Source of the DNA: the human T2T-CHM13v2.0 reference genome, Homo sapiens
NCBI RefSeq assembly: GCF_009914755.1
Contig: NC_060936.1
Length of the DNA: 64,000 nt
Reading direction: 5' to 3' (one strand)
Shown: positions 15,035 through 36,813 of the stretch, piece by piece
How positions within the stretch are numbered: position 1 is the stretch's first letter
Layout of the letters: every line of letters begins with the position of its first letter
Position numbers and translations under genes: made by a program
The notes under the pieces: model-generated
What the model was told of the DNA's origin: nothing
The model's input: only the letters and a program-made list of their open reading frames with translations
Database searches by the model: none

Positions 15035-15200
15035 TGGGCATGGTGATGCACACCTGTGGTCCCAGCTACTTGGGAAGCTGAGGCAGGAGGATCACTTGAG
15101 CCCAGGTGGTCAAGGCTGCCCAATCGTGACCATGCCACTGCACTCCAGCCTGAGTGACAGAGTGAAATCCTGCCTAAAAACACAAACAAACAAACAAAAA
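14882..15200 (+). mobile_element. AluJ-type SINE with expanded A30 linker
   Basis: Dimer; TSD aaaacctttagca. Confidence 0.9.
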
Positions 15201-16606
15201 CCTTTAGCATTTGACATGTTGGCCACTTCTTTCTTTTCAGAATACTTTTTTTCCCTTGGATTCTGAAATGCCACTTTCTCTTGGATCACCTTTTACCTGG
15301 TTTTTCTTTCTGTCAGCTTTGATGCTTCCTGTTGCTCTCCCAGAGACAGTCCTGGGACCTCCTTGCTGACCTCATTGGGTCTCATGACTTTGAGTAGGTC
15401 TATGTTCTGATGACTGCCACATATAGATCCCCAGCTCAGATTCGGCCGCAAAACTCTTGACTCCTGTATTCAAGCGCCCTCTTGACTTCTCTGCTGTCAT
15501 CTCTAATAGCCAAACCAAACTCTAATCCCCCCACACACAAAAAATTTATCACTCGGTCTTCCCCATCTCAAGAAATAGCAACTTTCTTTTTTCAGTTGCT
15601 CGGGTCAACAAAATCATCCTTGATTTTTCTCTTTCTCTCATCCCACATCCAATCCATCACCAAATCCTGTCAGCTCTATGCTCAAAATATATTAAGAATC
15701 TGACCACTTCTCATTACCTCTGCCTCTGTAGCCCTTTGCAAACTCCTGCCTGCATTTCTGCAGTGGTCTTCCAACCCACCCCACCTCCAAGTCTATTTCC
15801 AATACAGGAGGCAAAGGGATTCACTTAAAACATAAGTTAAATCACATCACTCCTCTGCCCAAAAGTCAACAATGATTCTCCATGTCAGTTAAGACTAAAG
15901 TCACAGTTTACAATGTCACACTATCAGAAAGGCATTTCACGACTACCTTACATAACACAGCAGCCCCATCAACACTCTCCCGGGACCTTGCTTTATCTTT
16001 CTCCGTAGTGTATATTACCATCTGGGCCATTGTGTACTTGCTTATTTAGTATTTTATATCCCTGCTATGGACAGAATTATGACCCACCCCCAAATTCATA
16101 TCTTGATATCCTAACCCCTAATGTGATGGTATTTGGAGATGGGGCCTTTGGGAGGTAATTAGGTTTAGATGAGGTCATGAGAGTAAAGCCCTCATGAAGA
16201 GATTAGTGCTCTTACAAGAAGAGGCATCAGTAACATTCTCTCCCTCTCTCTCTCTCTCTCCACCCCCCCCTTTCTTCCTATCCCCACACATTAAGAAGGC
16301 ATTCACCTGCAAGCCAGGAAGAGAAACTTCACCAGGAAAGGAATCAGCCCGCACCCTAATCTTGGACTTCTAAGCCTCCAGAATTGTGAGAAAATAAATT
16401 TCTGTTGTTTAAGCTACCCAGGCTGTGATATTTTGTTAGAGCAGCTCAACTGCCTTGGTTCAGATTTGGAAAATCCCACTGTTTCCAACGAGGTTATAAG
16501 ATACATAAAGAACAAGATTTTCTTTTTGTTCACTGCTGTATTTCCAGCCGCTACTTGCCACTCAAAATATAGTATATCCACAATGAATAAATGACTGAAT
16601 GAATGA
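15200..16606 (+). mobile_element. L2 3' fragments interrupted by MLT1
   Basis: cccacatccaatccatcaccaaatcctgtc...ttgttcactgctgtatttccag...aatgaataaatga. Confidence 0.6.
16063..16450 (+). mobile_element. MLT1A/B-type MaLR LTR
   Basis: cccccaaattcatat...gtatttggagatggggcc...ttggacttctaagcctccagaattgtgagaaaataaatttctgttg. Confidence 0.82.
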
Positions 16607-17111
16607 GTTGCCCAATATCATGGCTAGAATGTGGCATAGCCTGAGCTAGCTCAGATGCTAGCTATAACTACACAGTGAAGTAGGGATAAGTCTTAACCTG
16701 AGCCTTAATTGTTTAAGATTAAACAACTGTGTGAACCTGATTTGCAAATAGCAATATAAGCAACCCATCTTCAATATTCTAGTACATTCATAAAATGCAG
16801 ATACAAATTCTGCCCCTCCAGGTTTCTCCTAGGTGAAAGGAATGATCATTCACTTAAGAAAATCTTATAGCACATCTGTCTTGACATAATCTTCACCTGG
16901 TAAACAGCATTTGGGAATTCAGAAAACACAGCATTAAATTCTGCTCCCCATCCAAACCACAGAAGTGTGTTTATTTCTTGAAGGCTATTGCAGAACTAAC
17001 TCCCCAGTATAAGGGCCAACCAGCACTCCTGAGGTCTTGACTTTAAAACCAAGGCAGTGCTTTTTTAATTCCCCAAGAGTGAGAGCATGTTGGTAAAGAA
17101 ACATAACTCAC

Positions 17112-17150
17112 AATGTGAATTAGCTTCTGATAGTAATTCATCTGGTTCCC
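17112..17150 (-). other. Candidate 39-nt internal exon
   Basis: tttctgttttag|GGGAAC...CACATT|gtgagt; open in two phases (GNQMNYYQKLIHI or GEPDELLSEANSH). Confidence 0.6.
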
Positions 17151-17909
17151 CTAAAACAGAAAGCTCAAAACCATTCAGACATGTTTCCTTGAGACTGCTG
17201 AAATCAGATTCTTTTAAAAGCGGTAAGTAGTAACCATCCCTGAAAATCAAGGCCAAATGGGCCAGAAATGAGAAGCAGTTTGTAAATTCTGAGTTTTGGC
17301 CCACTGGAGCCAATTACTCTAACAGGGACAACCTTGGTGTCTTTATTTGAATGTTTGAGATAGCCTGTTTACTGCAAGGTAAGTGATTGATGTGTGCTCT
17401 CAGTGTAATTGAGGAGAAACCTCTCGGATCACAAATTCAACCAGTAATTACTTTAGGATTCCTCTGAGAAAGTGTCTACATAATTTCCTTTGTATGTGTT
17501 TTCCAAAAGGACTTATGTCTCCTATCCAGTGTTCTCTAAACCACAAATGTACTCCATTGATTTTCTCAGGCTACAGTGTGTTGATTTTCAGCCCATAGTG
17601 TATAAGGTGAAAGGAAACAATAACTGAATATAGAAAATATTGATCTGCAACCATTGATTCAAGGCCCCGGGGTGTCAAAAGATTAGTTACTTTTAAGAGA
17701 AGTCCTGAAGGTGACTTTCAACTACTTTTTATTGACCAACACAGACCAGATAAACCCTTCTATTCAAAGCCATGGGCTCTTCTCCAAGAGCCATAATGAA
17801 AAACCATTTTACTCCCTTGCTTGAGATCCAGGTAAGACAACACAGTTTCTAAGTACATATAAATGATGTACTGTTACCAAATGATTCATGGTATTCTAAT
17901 TTAACTATA

Positions 17910-18160
17910 ATAACAACTAGTACATTTATTGTTTACTATGTCTCAGGAATTGTTCCAAGTGATTGACATATATTAACTTATGTAATCATCACAACACCCC
18001 CTCTGAGGTAGGTACCAATATTATCCCCATTTTAAAGAAGAGGAAACTGAGGCATAGAAAGAGTAAGTTACTTGTCCAAGGTCAAACAGCTAGTAAGTGT
18101 CAGGGCCAAGCTTTGAACTCAAATAGCTTGGCTCTAGAAATTATACTCTTAACCACTGCA
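17910..18160 (-). mobile_element. MIR SINE
   Basis: tattatccccatttta...gaggaaactgaggc...aagttacttgtccaaggtca. Confidence 0.75.
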
Positions 18161-18435
18161 TGAAGATAGCACTCAAATGTTAAGGGAAACCTGAGAAACT
18201 TCACTGAACAAAGTCGCAAATGAAAATTATTGAAATATTGGCCATTATTCTGCATCTGCAGAAGGTGAAGAAGGAAAAGCAATATTTTGAATTCTAAGTA
18301 CTTTTCTGGTTTTTTGTTGAAAAAAATAATTTAGAATAAAACTAAATTAATGTATCATCCCATAGCTGACTAAAATACTCTAGGGAGATTTCCTATCATC
18401 ATTTATACACTTTTAATCCTGTAGACTATAATCAA

Positions 18436-19330
18436 TACACATCAAAACCACAGTGAGATACCACTTCACACCCATTAGAATGACCATCAGAAAAAAAAAA
18501 AAAAAACAGAAAGTGCCCATCATAGTGGTGTACCTATAGTCCCAGCTACTCAGGGGGCTGAGGTGGGAGGATTCCTTGAGCTCAGGAGCTGCAGTTCAGC
18601 CTGGGCAATGCAGCAAAACCAGACCTCTGAAAAATATTTATAAAAAATTAACAAAACAGAAAGTAACAAGTGTTAGTAAAGATGTGGAAAAATTGGAACA
18701 CTTGTGCATTGTTCGTGGGGAACATAAAATAGTGCAGCAGCTATGGAGAGCATTATGGAGATTCCTCAAAAAAGTAAATATAGAATTATCATATCATCCA
18801 GCAATTCCACTTCTGGGTATAAAACCAAAAGAATTGAAAGCGGGTATTCTAACAGATATTTGTGCATCTATGTTCATAGCAGCCAAAAGGTGGAAACAAC
18901 CCAATGTCCATCAACAAATAAATTTATAAACAAAATGTCATATATACATATAATAGAAATTTTATTCAGCCTTAAAAAGGAAGGAAATTCTGACACATGC
19001 TACAATACAGATGAACCTTGAAGACATTATACTAAGTGAAATAAGCCATCACAAAAGAACAAATACTATATGACTGCATTTAAATGAGCATCTTAGAGTG
19101 CTCAAATTCATAGAGATAGAAAGTAGAATGGTGGTTTCCAGGGGCTGGGCAAAGTGGGAATAAGGAGTTTTTAATGGGTACAGAGTTTCCACTTGAGAAG
19201 ATGAAAAAACTTTGGAGATGGATGGTGCTGATGGTTGCACAACAATGTGAATGTACTTAATGCCACAGAAATGTACTCTTAATGGTTAAAATGATAAGTT
19301 TTATGTTATGTATATTTTATAATAAAAATA
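18436..19330 (+). mobile_element. Old L1M(B) 3' fragment with inserted Alu monomer (~18515-18650)
   Basis: ORF2 end-like PAIPLLGI peptide and L1MB 3'UTR; monomer TSD aaaacagaaagt. Confidence 0.8.
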
Positions 19331-20219
19331 CTATATTTTTTCATGAGTACCTGTGTGCATATATATGTGTATAGATAGTTACTGTCTTTTTAATACTAAT
19401 CAAAGCTGTAAACACTATTCTGTATCTTTTTTCTTCTTATAACAACATATCTTAGGGATAATTCCATATTAGTACATTCTTTTAAATGGCTTCCTGATAT
19501 TCTATGATATGGGATACCATAATTTAAGCCACCTGAGAACAATGATTATTTAATTGTCCACAGTCTCATTACAATAAACAATGCTGCAAAAACAACTACA
19601 ACAACAAAAATTTTCGAGAATCAAAAGCACATAATAGTTCTTGCATTAGGATAGATGAGGTAATGTGATGCTAAAAAGCAACCCCCAAACCTTCTATTAA
19701 ATAGGAAAAAAACTCTCAAATCCTCTTACCACAAGAGTCTATTTCTTACTCATGCTACATGTCCTGCAGGAGTCAGCAAGGGCCTCTGCTCCACACGGTT
19801 CCACCATCTTCTGACTGTATCATCGAGATGTAGCTTCCCTCCCTGATGATTGGGCTTTCCACTGTCTTGTTCCAGGAGACTCATCTCATTATCCAAAACT
19901 AATATTTGCTCTTTGATGAGTATTATGACTACCTCTTCCACACTTCAATCACACAAACAGAAAAATTTTCTCACTATAGGTAAAGCAAAGTTCTACAAAT
20001 TATTTATGGAATTCTCTCTGTAACGTTCCAGTGATAATTTTCACTCAAAAAATATTTATATCATTCCTACTACATACTAAGTGCTGTCACATGGGAGGTA
20101 TTCAGTAAATATTTGCTAAGTGAAAAACAAACAATCCCTACTTGTCTAGTAATTGCTGCTCTTTCTTCCAGAGCAATCAAACCACTAGAAATAGGAAGAG
20201 TAAATAAGAAATTACTTCC

Positions 20220-22108
20220 AATTAAATACTTAGAAATTAACTTAACCAAAGAAGTGAAAGATCTCTGTAATTAAAACTGTAAGACACTGCTGAAAGAAAT
20301 TGAAGAAGACACACACAAAAAATGGAAAGATATTCCATGTTCATGGATCGGAAGAATCAATATTGTTAAAATGTCCATACTATCCAAAGACATCTACAGA
20401 TTCAATGCAATCCCTATCAAAATACCAATCACATTCTTCATAGAAATAGAAAAACAATCCAAAAATGTATATGAAACCACAAAGGACCCAGAATAGCCAA
20501 AGCTATCCTAAGCAAAAAGAACAAAACTGGAGGAATCACATTACCTGACTTCAAATTATACTGCAGAGCAATAGTAACTAAAACAGCATGGTACTGGCAT
20601 AAAAACAAACACATAGACCAATAAACAGAATAGAGAACCCAGAAACAAATCCATACATCTACAGTGAACTCATTTTCAACAAAGATGCCAAGAACATACA
20701 CTGGAGAAAGGACAGTCTCTTCAGTAAATGGTGCTGGGAAAATTGGATATCCATATGCAGAAGAATGAAACTAGACCCCTATCTTTCATCATATACAAAA
20801 ATCAAAATGGATTAAAGACTTAAATCTAAGTTCTCAAATTGTAAAAGTACTAAAAGAAAACATTGAGGAAACTCTCCGGGACGTTGGACTGGGCAAAGAT
20901 TTCTTGCATAATACCCCCAAAGCACAGACAACCAAAGCAAAAATGGACAAATGGGATCACATCAAGTTAAAAAATCTTCACAGCAAAGGATACAATCAAC
21001 AAAGTGAGCAGACAACCCACAGAATGGGAGAAAATATTCCCATCTGACAAGGGAGTGATAAGCAGAATATATAAGGAGCTCAAGCAACTCTATAGGAAAA
21101 AATCTATTAATCCAAATAAAAATGGGCAAAAGATCTGAATAGCCATTTCTCAAAAGAAGACATACAAATGGCAAATAAGTATATGAAAAGGTGTTCAACA
21201 TAATTGATCATCAGAGAAATGCAAATCAAAACTACAATAAGATATCACCTCATCCCAGTTAAAATGGCTTATATCCAAAAGACAGGCAATAACAAATGCT
21301 GGCAAGGATGTGGAGAAAAGGGAACCCTCGTACACTGTCAATAGGAATGTAAATTAGTACAACCACTGTGGAGAACACTTTGGAGGTTCCTCAAAAAACT
21401 AAAAATAGAGCTACCATATGATCCAGTGATCCCACTGCTAGGCATATACTCAACGGAAAGGAAATTAGTATATCAAAGAGATATCTGCACTACCATATAT
21501 ATTGCAGCACTGTTCACAATAGCCAAGATTTGGAAGCAACCTAAGAGTCTATCAACAGATGAATGGATAAGGAAAATGTGGTGCATATATAAAATGGAGT
21601 GCTATGCAGCCATAAGGAAGAATGAGATTCTGTCATTTGCAACAACATGAATGGAACTGGAGGTCATTAAGTTAAGTAAAATAAGCCAGGGACAGAAAGA
21701 CAAACTTTACTTGTTCTTACTTGTTTGTGGGAGTGAAAAATCCAAACAGTTGAAATCATGGAGATAGAGAGTAGAATGATGGTTACCAAAGGTGGCAAGG
21801 GCAGGGAGCAGGGAAGTGGGGATGATTAATGGGTACAAAAAATAGTTAGAATGAATAAGACTTAGCATTTGCTGACACAACAAGGTGGCCATTGTCAATA
21901 ACAATTCAATTGTACATTTTTAATTAACTAAAGTAGTACATTTGGATTGTCTGTGACACAAAGAATAAATGCTTGAGGTGACAACCCATTTACCCTGATG
22001 TGATTATTACACATTATATGCCTGTATCAAAATATCTCATGTACCTCATAAATATATACATCTACTATGTACCCACAAAAAATTAAAAATTTTAAAATTA
22101 AAAAAAAA
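20220..22108 (+). mobile_element. 5'-truncated L1MA-type LINE
   Basis: Degenerate ORF2 C-terminus, 3'UTR ending actatgtacccacaaaaaattaaaaa; degenerate TSD aagaaat(t/g)acttc. Confidence 0.88.
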
Positions 22109-22973
22109 GAAATGACTTCTGGCTTTCTTCTCACCTAGTCACTTGGCCAGACCCCAAACGAGTTTAACTTCCTCTTTGAGAGTAAACCATCACTGTCGGG
22201 AGGAGAACCAGGAATCTAACTGAGCCCGAAACTACAACTAAGTCATAATCACTGCCCAGTTCAAAATTCTCATTGTTTCAAAGTCAAACCAGTGTTTAAG
22301 GTTGGCACTTACACATTTCAGCTTAGAGCTTCCATTTGCATTTTGCACAAATATTATGCATAGGTGAGAGAAAAGAATATGATACAGGCTAATCCAATAG
22401 CTAATTAGCAACACCTGCACCAAAGCAATATTAGCATCTTGCTATTAGGTTACTGTTTGCATTACAGGATAAGTGATTATACCTGTCAAACTATGACAGA
22501 ACTTGCTTCATTTTTCAGTTCATGTATAAATTTAAATGCCATTTTTAATAGCCCCCCCAAAAATTTAGATGTGACATTTTACTATTTTTGAATTTCAGTA
22601 AAATGACAGAATTTCAATTCAATTCCTAAAAAATTAGAAAGTCATATTTACATAAATAAACATATCCTTTTAATTATTTCTATCAGGGTATCTCCTTTAC
22701 TCTATCTACCTGTTCTCCCTGAGGCTCCAACAAGTAGATACAAACTCTAAAGGTAGTAACACATGCTAATGCTCATAATTTTATCCCTATGCTTAACAGA
22801 ACACTCAGTTCGTGCAGGTGCTCTATACATATTTGTTGTATTAATTAAATTCAATTTCTGCCTCTATGTTGATGACTCCCAAGCCTCCAGTTCCAACCAC
22901 TTTCCAACCTCCAGGGTCTACTCACTTAACAAAATCTCTCTCTTTGAATATTTTACTATTCCACAGACACTAC

Positions 22974-23736
22974 TGTAATCCCCCAATGGGTTCATTTTGC
23001 CAGCTGCCCAGAAAAGCCAATGCACTGAGAATAGCAGGGTTTTGCAGCAAAGAAAGAGTTTAATAATCACAGAGCCAAGGAGAAGGATGGGGCTTCCTAC
23101 TCAAATCAGACTGCCTAAGAATTCAGAGGCTAAGGTTTTTATGGATAATTTGGCAGGCAGGGGTTCAGAGATGGGTGCTGCCGATTGGCTGGGAATGATA
23201 TCATAGGAAGGTGGAAAACAGTCCTCACGCACTCAGTCAGCCTCTGGGTGGAGGCACAAGGCCAATTGATTCATGAGTCACAGGTCCTGGTGGAGTCAGT
23301 CGGTTGCCAGAATGCAAAAGTCTGAAAAACACCTCAAAAGACCAATCTCGGGTTCCGCAACAGTGATGTTATTTATAGGAGCAATTGGGAAATTCACAAA
23401 TCTTGTCACCTCTGGCCACATGACCCCTGAGCTATAAGGGATTCTTCAAAACTACAACTACATTATAGCAGAATTCAGGCCCCTCCCATAATCTTGTGGC
23501 CTTTCATTAGTCTTAGAAAGGCAGCTTCAGACCCCAAGCAAGGAGGGGGTCTGTTTTAGAGAGGGAATATTATCATCCCTGCTTCAAAGTTAAACTACAA
23601 ACTAATTTCCTCCCATGGTTAGCTTGGCCTACACCCCAGAATGAGCAAGGAGAACCAGCCTGTGAGGGCAGAAGCAAGATAGAGTCAGTCATGCTAGACT
23701 TCTCCCACTGTCATAATCTCTGCAAAGGCAGTTTCA
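22974..23736 (-). mobile_element. LTR8-family (ERV1) solo LTR
   Basis: TG...CA ends, 4-bp TSD CTAC (22970-22973, 23737-23740); minus strand begins tgaaactgcctttgca. Confidence 0.8.
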
Positions 23737-24330
23737 CTACCTGCTCTATTATGATCAACATTCATATTATTTTCAACATTGATAGTCACTCAGATCAAGA
23801 TCAAGAATTCACAGTATTCCTTGTCCACACATGAGAAAATTCTTTCTCCAGTCTTGGAAGGAGTGTCATGTTGTGAAATTGATTTTGGAGCAGAAGTCCT
23901 AACCTGGGAGCAGAGGAGGGTTCTTAGGGAATGTAGAAACCCCCTAAAATTCACACAAAATTTATGTTGTATGAATATTCTCTCTCCATCTCAGAAGTAG
24001 GGGTGGGGTTGCTGTAAGACCCAATGTGTCCTAAAAGGGAGAAGTCAGAATATGACTTTATAGCATGGGGCCTGCCATACCATCATTAAAATTTTGCGTC
24101 ATTGTATTTGCCTTCAAATGTCTAAAAGGCTTTCTGACATGAAAAAAAAAATGGATCAGATTTGTTCTGTGAAGCTTCAGAGAACAGACCTAGCATGAGG
24201 AAGTTAGAGAAAAGCACACATTCACTCAAGAGAAGAAGAAATTCTGCCTCAGCTGTCAAAACCGGCATGAGCTGACTGGTGTGATAGGGAGTTACTTGTT
24301 GAATCGTGTTCAAATGAGGCTTGTCTGTGA

Positions 24331-24693
<363 letters not shown>

Positions 24694-25330
24694 CTAGGTG
24701 TGGTGGCAATGGGAAGATTAAAAGATGGATAAGAGGTAATTCCCTCAAAACCATCCTATTTTTGAAATGTTATTTCCCCTAAATACTAGCATTACAAGTC
24801 CTTATGTATTAAAAAAAAATCTTCAAAATATTTTGTATTCCATTTTTCAGTTAAAATAGCATTGATTTACTTAACATACTCAAACCCACACCTTGACTCT
24901 TTATGATTGAAAAGCTGTTCATTGTGCATACCACCGTGGGAACTAATCTAATGATCAAGGCTCCATGTTTTCTGTGAAATGGACTCAGATTTTGCCTCCA
25001 GCTGTACAATATAGAACCCTGTAGACAACATTTTTTAAACTACCGTTAAAGGTATAAGAACATTTTCCAGACTCTACAGAAAACTACTCTTTCAAACAAT
25101 GGGAGTCATTTTTCTTCATAGCATCAAGCTGAAAAAGGTACTATAAGTCAAAGTCATTATACTCAGAGAGCACATATATGCATTTATTTCAACGTCCATC
25201 TAAGACTGAACTGTAGCAGGGCGACCTTCAATTTCTCACAGACAGATTTATTGTGAAAAGATCCAAAATGGCCTTTCTACTCAGTGCACATCTACTCTTC
25301 TATTGTGAGAATCTCATCTCTGATGCATAC

Positions 25331-25399
25331 TTTCTCCAGGCTATGGATATTCTTTGCAATCTTCACCTGACTTTGATCACCAGTTTGATCATTCAGTCT
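25331..25399 (-). other. Candidate 69-nt internal exon
   Basis: ttttctgcaatag|AGACTG...GAGAAA|gtatgc; open in phase 0 (RLNDQTGDQSQVKIAKNIHSLEK). Confidence 0.45.
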
Positions 25400-25426
25400 C
25401 TATTGCAGAAAATATTCTTCAGTTTA

Positions 25427-25760
<334 letters not shown>

Positions 25761-25982
25761 TATAGTCTGAAGATTATTCAAAGCAAGCCCATTTTATATA
25801 TTTTTAATCCTTACAGACTTTTAAGGATATGACATTTTGAACTTACTAATTTTTGTGTTTTTTTAAATAATAAACTGATTTTTATAATATGCTCAGTAAA
25901 AACAATAGTTCTGTCAACCTTCTCTTTTATATTAGGGAATAAGGAGAGCTGAGGAGGGAAGAAAGAAAGAGAAACAATTTTC

Positions 25983-26720
25983 TTTTTTTTTTTTATTATA
26001 CTTTAAGTTTTAGGGTACATGTGCACATTGTGCAGGTTAGTTACATATGTATACATGTGCCATGCTGGTGCACTGCACCCACTAACTCGTCATCTAGCAT
26101 TAGGTATATCTCCCGATGCTATCCCTCCCCCCTCCCGCCACCCCACAACAGTCCCCAGAGTGTAATATTCCCCTTCCTGTGTCCATGTGATCTCATTGTT
26201 CAATTCCCACCTATGAGTGAGAATATGCGGTGTTTGGTTTTTTGTTCTTGCGATAGTTTACTGAGAATGATGATTTCCAATTTCAACCATGTCCCTACAA
26301 AGGACATGAACTCATCCTTTTTTATGGCTGCATAGTATTCCATGGTGTATATGTGCCACATTTTCTTAATCCAGTCTATCATTGTTGGACATTTGGGTTG
26401 GTTCCAAGTCTTTGCTATTGTGAATAATGCCACAATAAACATACATGTGCATGTGTCTTTATAGCAGCATGATTTATAGTCCTTTGGATATATACCCAGT
26501 AATGGGATGGCTGGGTCAAATGGTATTTCCAGTTCTAGATCCCTGAGGAATCGCCACACTGACTTCCACAATGGTTGAACTAGTTTACAGTCCCACCAAC
26601 AGTGTCAAAGTGTTCCTATTTCTCCACATCCTCTCCAGCACCTGTTGTTTCCTGACTTTTTAATGATTGCCATTCTAACTGGTGTGAGATGGTATCTCAT
26701 TGTGGTTTCGATTTGCATTT
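25983..26720 (-). mobile_element. 5'-truncated L1PA2-like LINE
   Basis: 16-bp TSD aagagaaacaattttc (25967-25982, 26721-26736); 3'UTR gagatcacatgg and gctagatgacgagttagt (non-Ta GAG). Confidence 0.93.
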
Positions 26721-27371
26721 AAGAGAAACAATTTTCAATATTTCTCTTGGCTGGGGTGAGAACTTCCTAATGCATAGCTAAGTTCATTAAAAAAAAAATA
26801 CAGTTTCCAAAATAAACAAGAAATCTACTTTTCAGAAATAGGCCAAAAATTGGCACAAAGTAAAATCAATTGGTCTTGGACATTTTTTTTGTTGTTGTTG
26901 TTTTTGTTTTTGTTTTTGTTTTTCCTCTTTCAGTTCCAAATCTTTTAATTAGGTTAAAAAAGGTAAAGAAAACATGAAGAACATGAATAATATAATAAAA
27001 GCAATTTAATTTACATATCCAACTACTCCTTTACCCTAAAAAATATATATCCATAACTACAACCTTAATAAATTTTAATAATATGTGATCACAATATAAT
27101 AAACATGGAGATTAAAATAAAACATAAACCAACAATCTTTATTTCTTACAAGAAAAAAGGTATAATAAATTATTTTATAAATAACTTTTATATCCAAGAA
27201 AATATCAAAACTTTACCTGAATAGCTGGGAATAACAGAATAGCTGGGAAATAACAATAATGAGAGTATAGCATATGAGGTATTATAAAACATGTCATCAC
27301 ATTAAATGCTTTCATGATTGAATAAGCAAACAAACTTTTCTTATTGACAGTTTTCATATTGACAGTTATTC

Positions 27372-33535
<6,164 letters not shown>

Positions 33536-34629
33536 TCATATTCAGGTCTTGGACATTTTACCCTGATGTGCTGACTCTATGAAATCTCCTTAATTCTATA
33601 TAATATAAATCATCTAACAGTATTAGAACTAAATATAATTTGAAATTAATGATGTGAGCAATTTATTTCCATTATCATTTAATCAAGCCACTTTCATAAT
33701 ATAACTATTCACCTTGGCTTTCCAGAAACTAATGAAAGAAATAGCTTCTCAAATGGCAGGGGGGATGGACTTGGGCATCTGATCTTTTCCCAGTTGTCAC
33801 TGACTACTTCTGTAACCTTGGACAAGTCACTTCACCTCTCTAGGCCCAGGTTCTCATGTGAAAATAGGTACAATATTACCTACATCACAGATTATGTTCA
33901 TCTATATGGCAAATACTTATCAAAATCTCACTAGGAGCTGCTCACATAGATGTTAGAAATTCAATTAAGAACTAAGAACGAGATAGACATGGTCCCTATC
34001 CTCATGGAACTTACATTATAGTGGAACACAAGGATAAGAAAGCAGAAAAAGAAATAATTATATGTCATGATGGCTGCTATACAGGAAATACACAGGGGTA
34101 GAAACAGAGAGTAACAGATAGGGTCCTAATTATACAGAGTGATCAGTGTTACAGGAAAGATGACAACAAAATGAGATCACAGAAAAAGCACTTGACATAT
34201 AAAAGGCATTCAGTAAACACTAGTTTTTATTATGTATTATTGCTTCAGAATAAGATATGGAGAAAATTCTGGAATAAAAATAGGTAGAATGTGAAATTTA
34301 AAGGAATGGCAGCCTAGATATTTTCAAAAATTCTCCTACAAGATACCTAGATAAATTGAATACTATATAACATCAATCCTTTCTCATGCATAGTTGAGTT
34401 CATTTAAAAAAAAAAAGTAAAGGAAAATCCCAAGGGCAAAGACTAACAAGCAAGCTGTAACCCACAGTTATAGACTGACACTGAAGGAGCAGTTGGCCTC
34501 AAAGCAATTGCCAATTTCCATTATCTAAAGTCTTGGATTTTAATGGCTACTTGGGGACAGGAAACAAGGCAGTGAACTTGCATAAGGTAGGGATTTGGAA
34601 TTGAAGCCCCACATAAAGTGTTCACACCC

Positions 34630-34930
<301 letters not shown>

Positions 34931-35444
34931 AATCCTCACATTCAGCTTAACAGAAGGCTGCAAAAAAGCTGTCTACCCAACAGTAGAAAGGAGAAACAAG
35001 ATTTGTCAGTCTTGACCCAGACTCAATGTGCTTAAAAATAAAAATATCTCCTGAGATTTATAACTGCAGGCTTAACGTCATGCAGTTAAGATTAAAATTC
35101 TGTCTCTGGTTTTAAAAACTCCAAAACAAGAAATTAACAGATAAAGGTCGGACAAATATGATTTCACAATCCAAAATTACAAACCACATCAGCAAACAAG
35201 TCATCATGAGTAAAAATCAGCAGAAATAAGAAATTAGGGTCTCAAGGACTTCAGCTATTGGAAATACTGGATACAGATACAGAATACAAAATGAGAATTG
35301 TAAAAGAAGCATATAGTGACTAAAAGTGAAAATCCATAATAAAAGATTACACTGACGATGGGGTAGAACACACAAAATAAAGTTAGAAATAAAAACTAAA
35401 CAAATAAAATATAGGGATAATGATCTACTATAAAAATATAATGG

Positions 35445-35597
35445 AGGCTGGGCATGGAGGCTCACACCTGTAATCCCAGCACTGAAAGGTCAAGAGATCA
35501 AGACCATCCTGGCCAACATGGTGAAACCCCATCTCTACTAAAAATACAAAAATTAGCTGAGTGTGGTGGCACGTGCCTGAGTGGGACTCCATCTCTA
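35445..35597 (+). mobile_element. Alu with internal deletions
   Basis: Alu motifs with two gaps. Confidence 0.8.
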
Positions 35598-35612
35598 CAT
35601 ATATATATATAT

Positions 35613-35667
<55 letters not shown>

Positions 35668-35710
35668 TACACACACATATGTATATATATACACATATGA
35701 ATATATATAT
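35598..35710. repeat. (TA)n(CA)n compound microsatellite
   Basis: Direct reading. Confidence 0.95.
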
Positions 35711-36252
35711 GAATTATCTGAAAAATGCCTGAAATTTACTCAAATATCCCAAAAGATCCGTAATTGAATGGAATTTATATATCACAAATTTTAGAAAGAT
35801 TGGGGACTGAAAATACACTGTTGGAATAGTCTCTTCTTTAGTGAAGTAAAGAATTCTGTGCTTTTAATACATAACATAATGGGATGCCTGGAATCTTAGA
35901 CTTTCATTAGAATTACCTTATTTAGAAATGAAGCAGCTATTCACTTTACAATTTGAACAGGATTAATGTTTGCAAAGAGCCCCTCTTAGAAAAGTAGCTT
36001 TGGCTACTTTTTGGTCTCACTCTATCGCCCAGGCTGGACTGCAATTGGTGCAATCACAGCTCACTGCATCCAGCCTCGTCCTGCCTGGGCTCAAGCGATC
36101 TTCCCACCTCAGCCTCCCGAGTAGCTGGGATTTATAGGTGTGAGACACCGTGCCTGGCCTGGACTAGATTGTTTTAATAACAAAAAGAGATCTGAAAATT
36201 TTGGAATCCGCCCAAGGTATTGTTAGGAGGTTGTAAAGTGAGATTTGGCATG

Positions 36253-36689
36253 TGATATAATTGGAATATTTGTCCCCACCAAAATCTCATGTTGAAATGT
36301 AATCTCCAGTGATGGAGGTGGGACCTGGTGGGAGACGTTTGCATCATGGGGTGCATCACTTATGGTTTGGTGCTGTCTTCCTGATGTGAGTGAGCTCTTG
36401 TGAGATCTGGTCATTTAAAAGTGCAGCACTTCCCCCCTCTCGCTCTCTCACTCTTGCTCTCTCTCTCCCTCTCTCTCTCTCTCTTTCACTCCTGCTCCCA
36501 CCATGTGAGAGCCTGCTCCCTCTTTGCTTTCCACCATGACTGTAAGTTTCCTGAGGCCTCCCCAGAAGAAGATGCCAGCATTATGCTTCCTATACAGCCT
36601 GCAGAACAGTGAGCCAACTAGACCTCTTTTCTTATAAATTACTCAGTCTCAGGTATTTCTTTATAGCAATGCAAGAATGGACTCATACA
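36253..36689 (+). mobile_element. MSTB-type MaLR solo LTR
   Basis: tgatat...ccaaaatctcatgttgaaatgtaatc...ggtatttctttatagcaatgc; TSD gcat(g/a). Confidence 0.88.
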
Positions 36690-36699
36690 GCATAGAATT

Positions 36700-36813
36700 A
36701 TTAAAAGCAGTTTATACCCCAATTTATTCCACATCTCACTAATGCAGTTACATATATGTAGAAGGCAGAACAATACAGTATTCAGCTTTCAAGCCCCAAG
36801 ATGCTTTTCAGAC
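36700..36813 (-). other. Candidate short alternative terminal exon
   Basis: Acceptor ttttctaattttcctaatgcag|GTCTG; AATAAA at 36728-36723. Confidence 0.4.
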
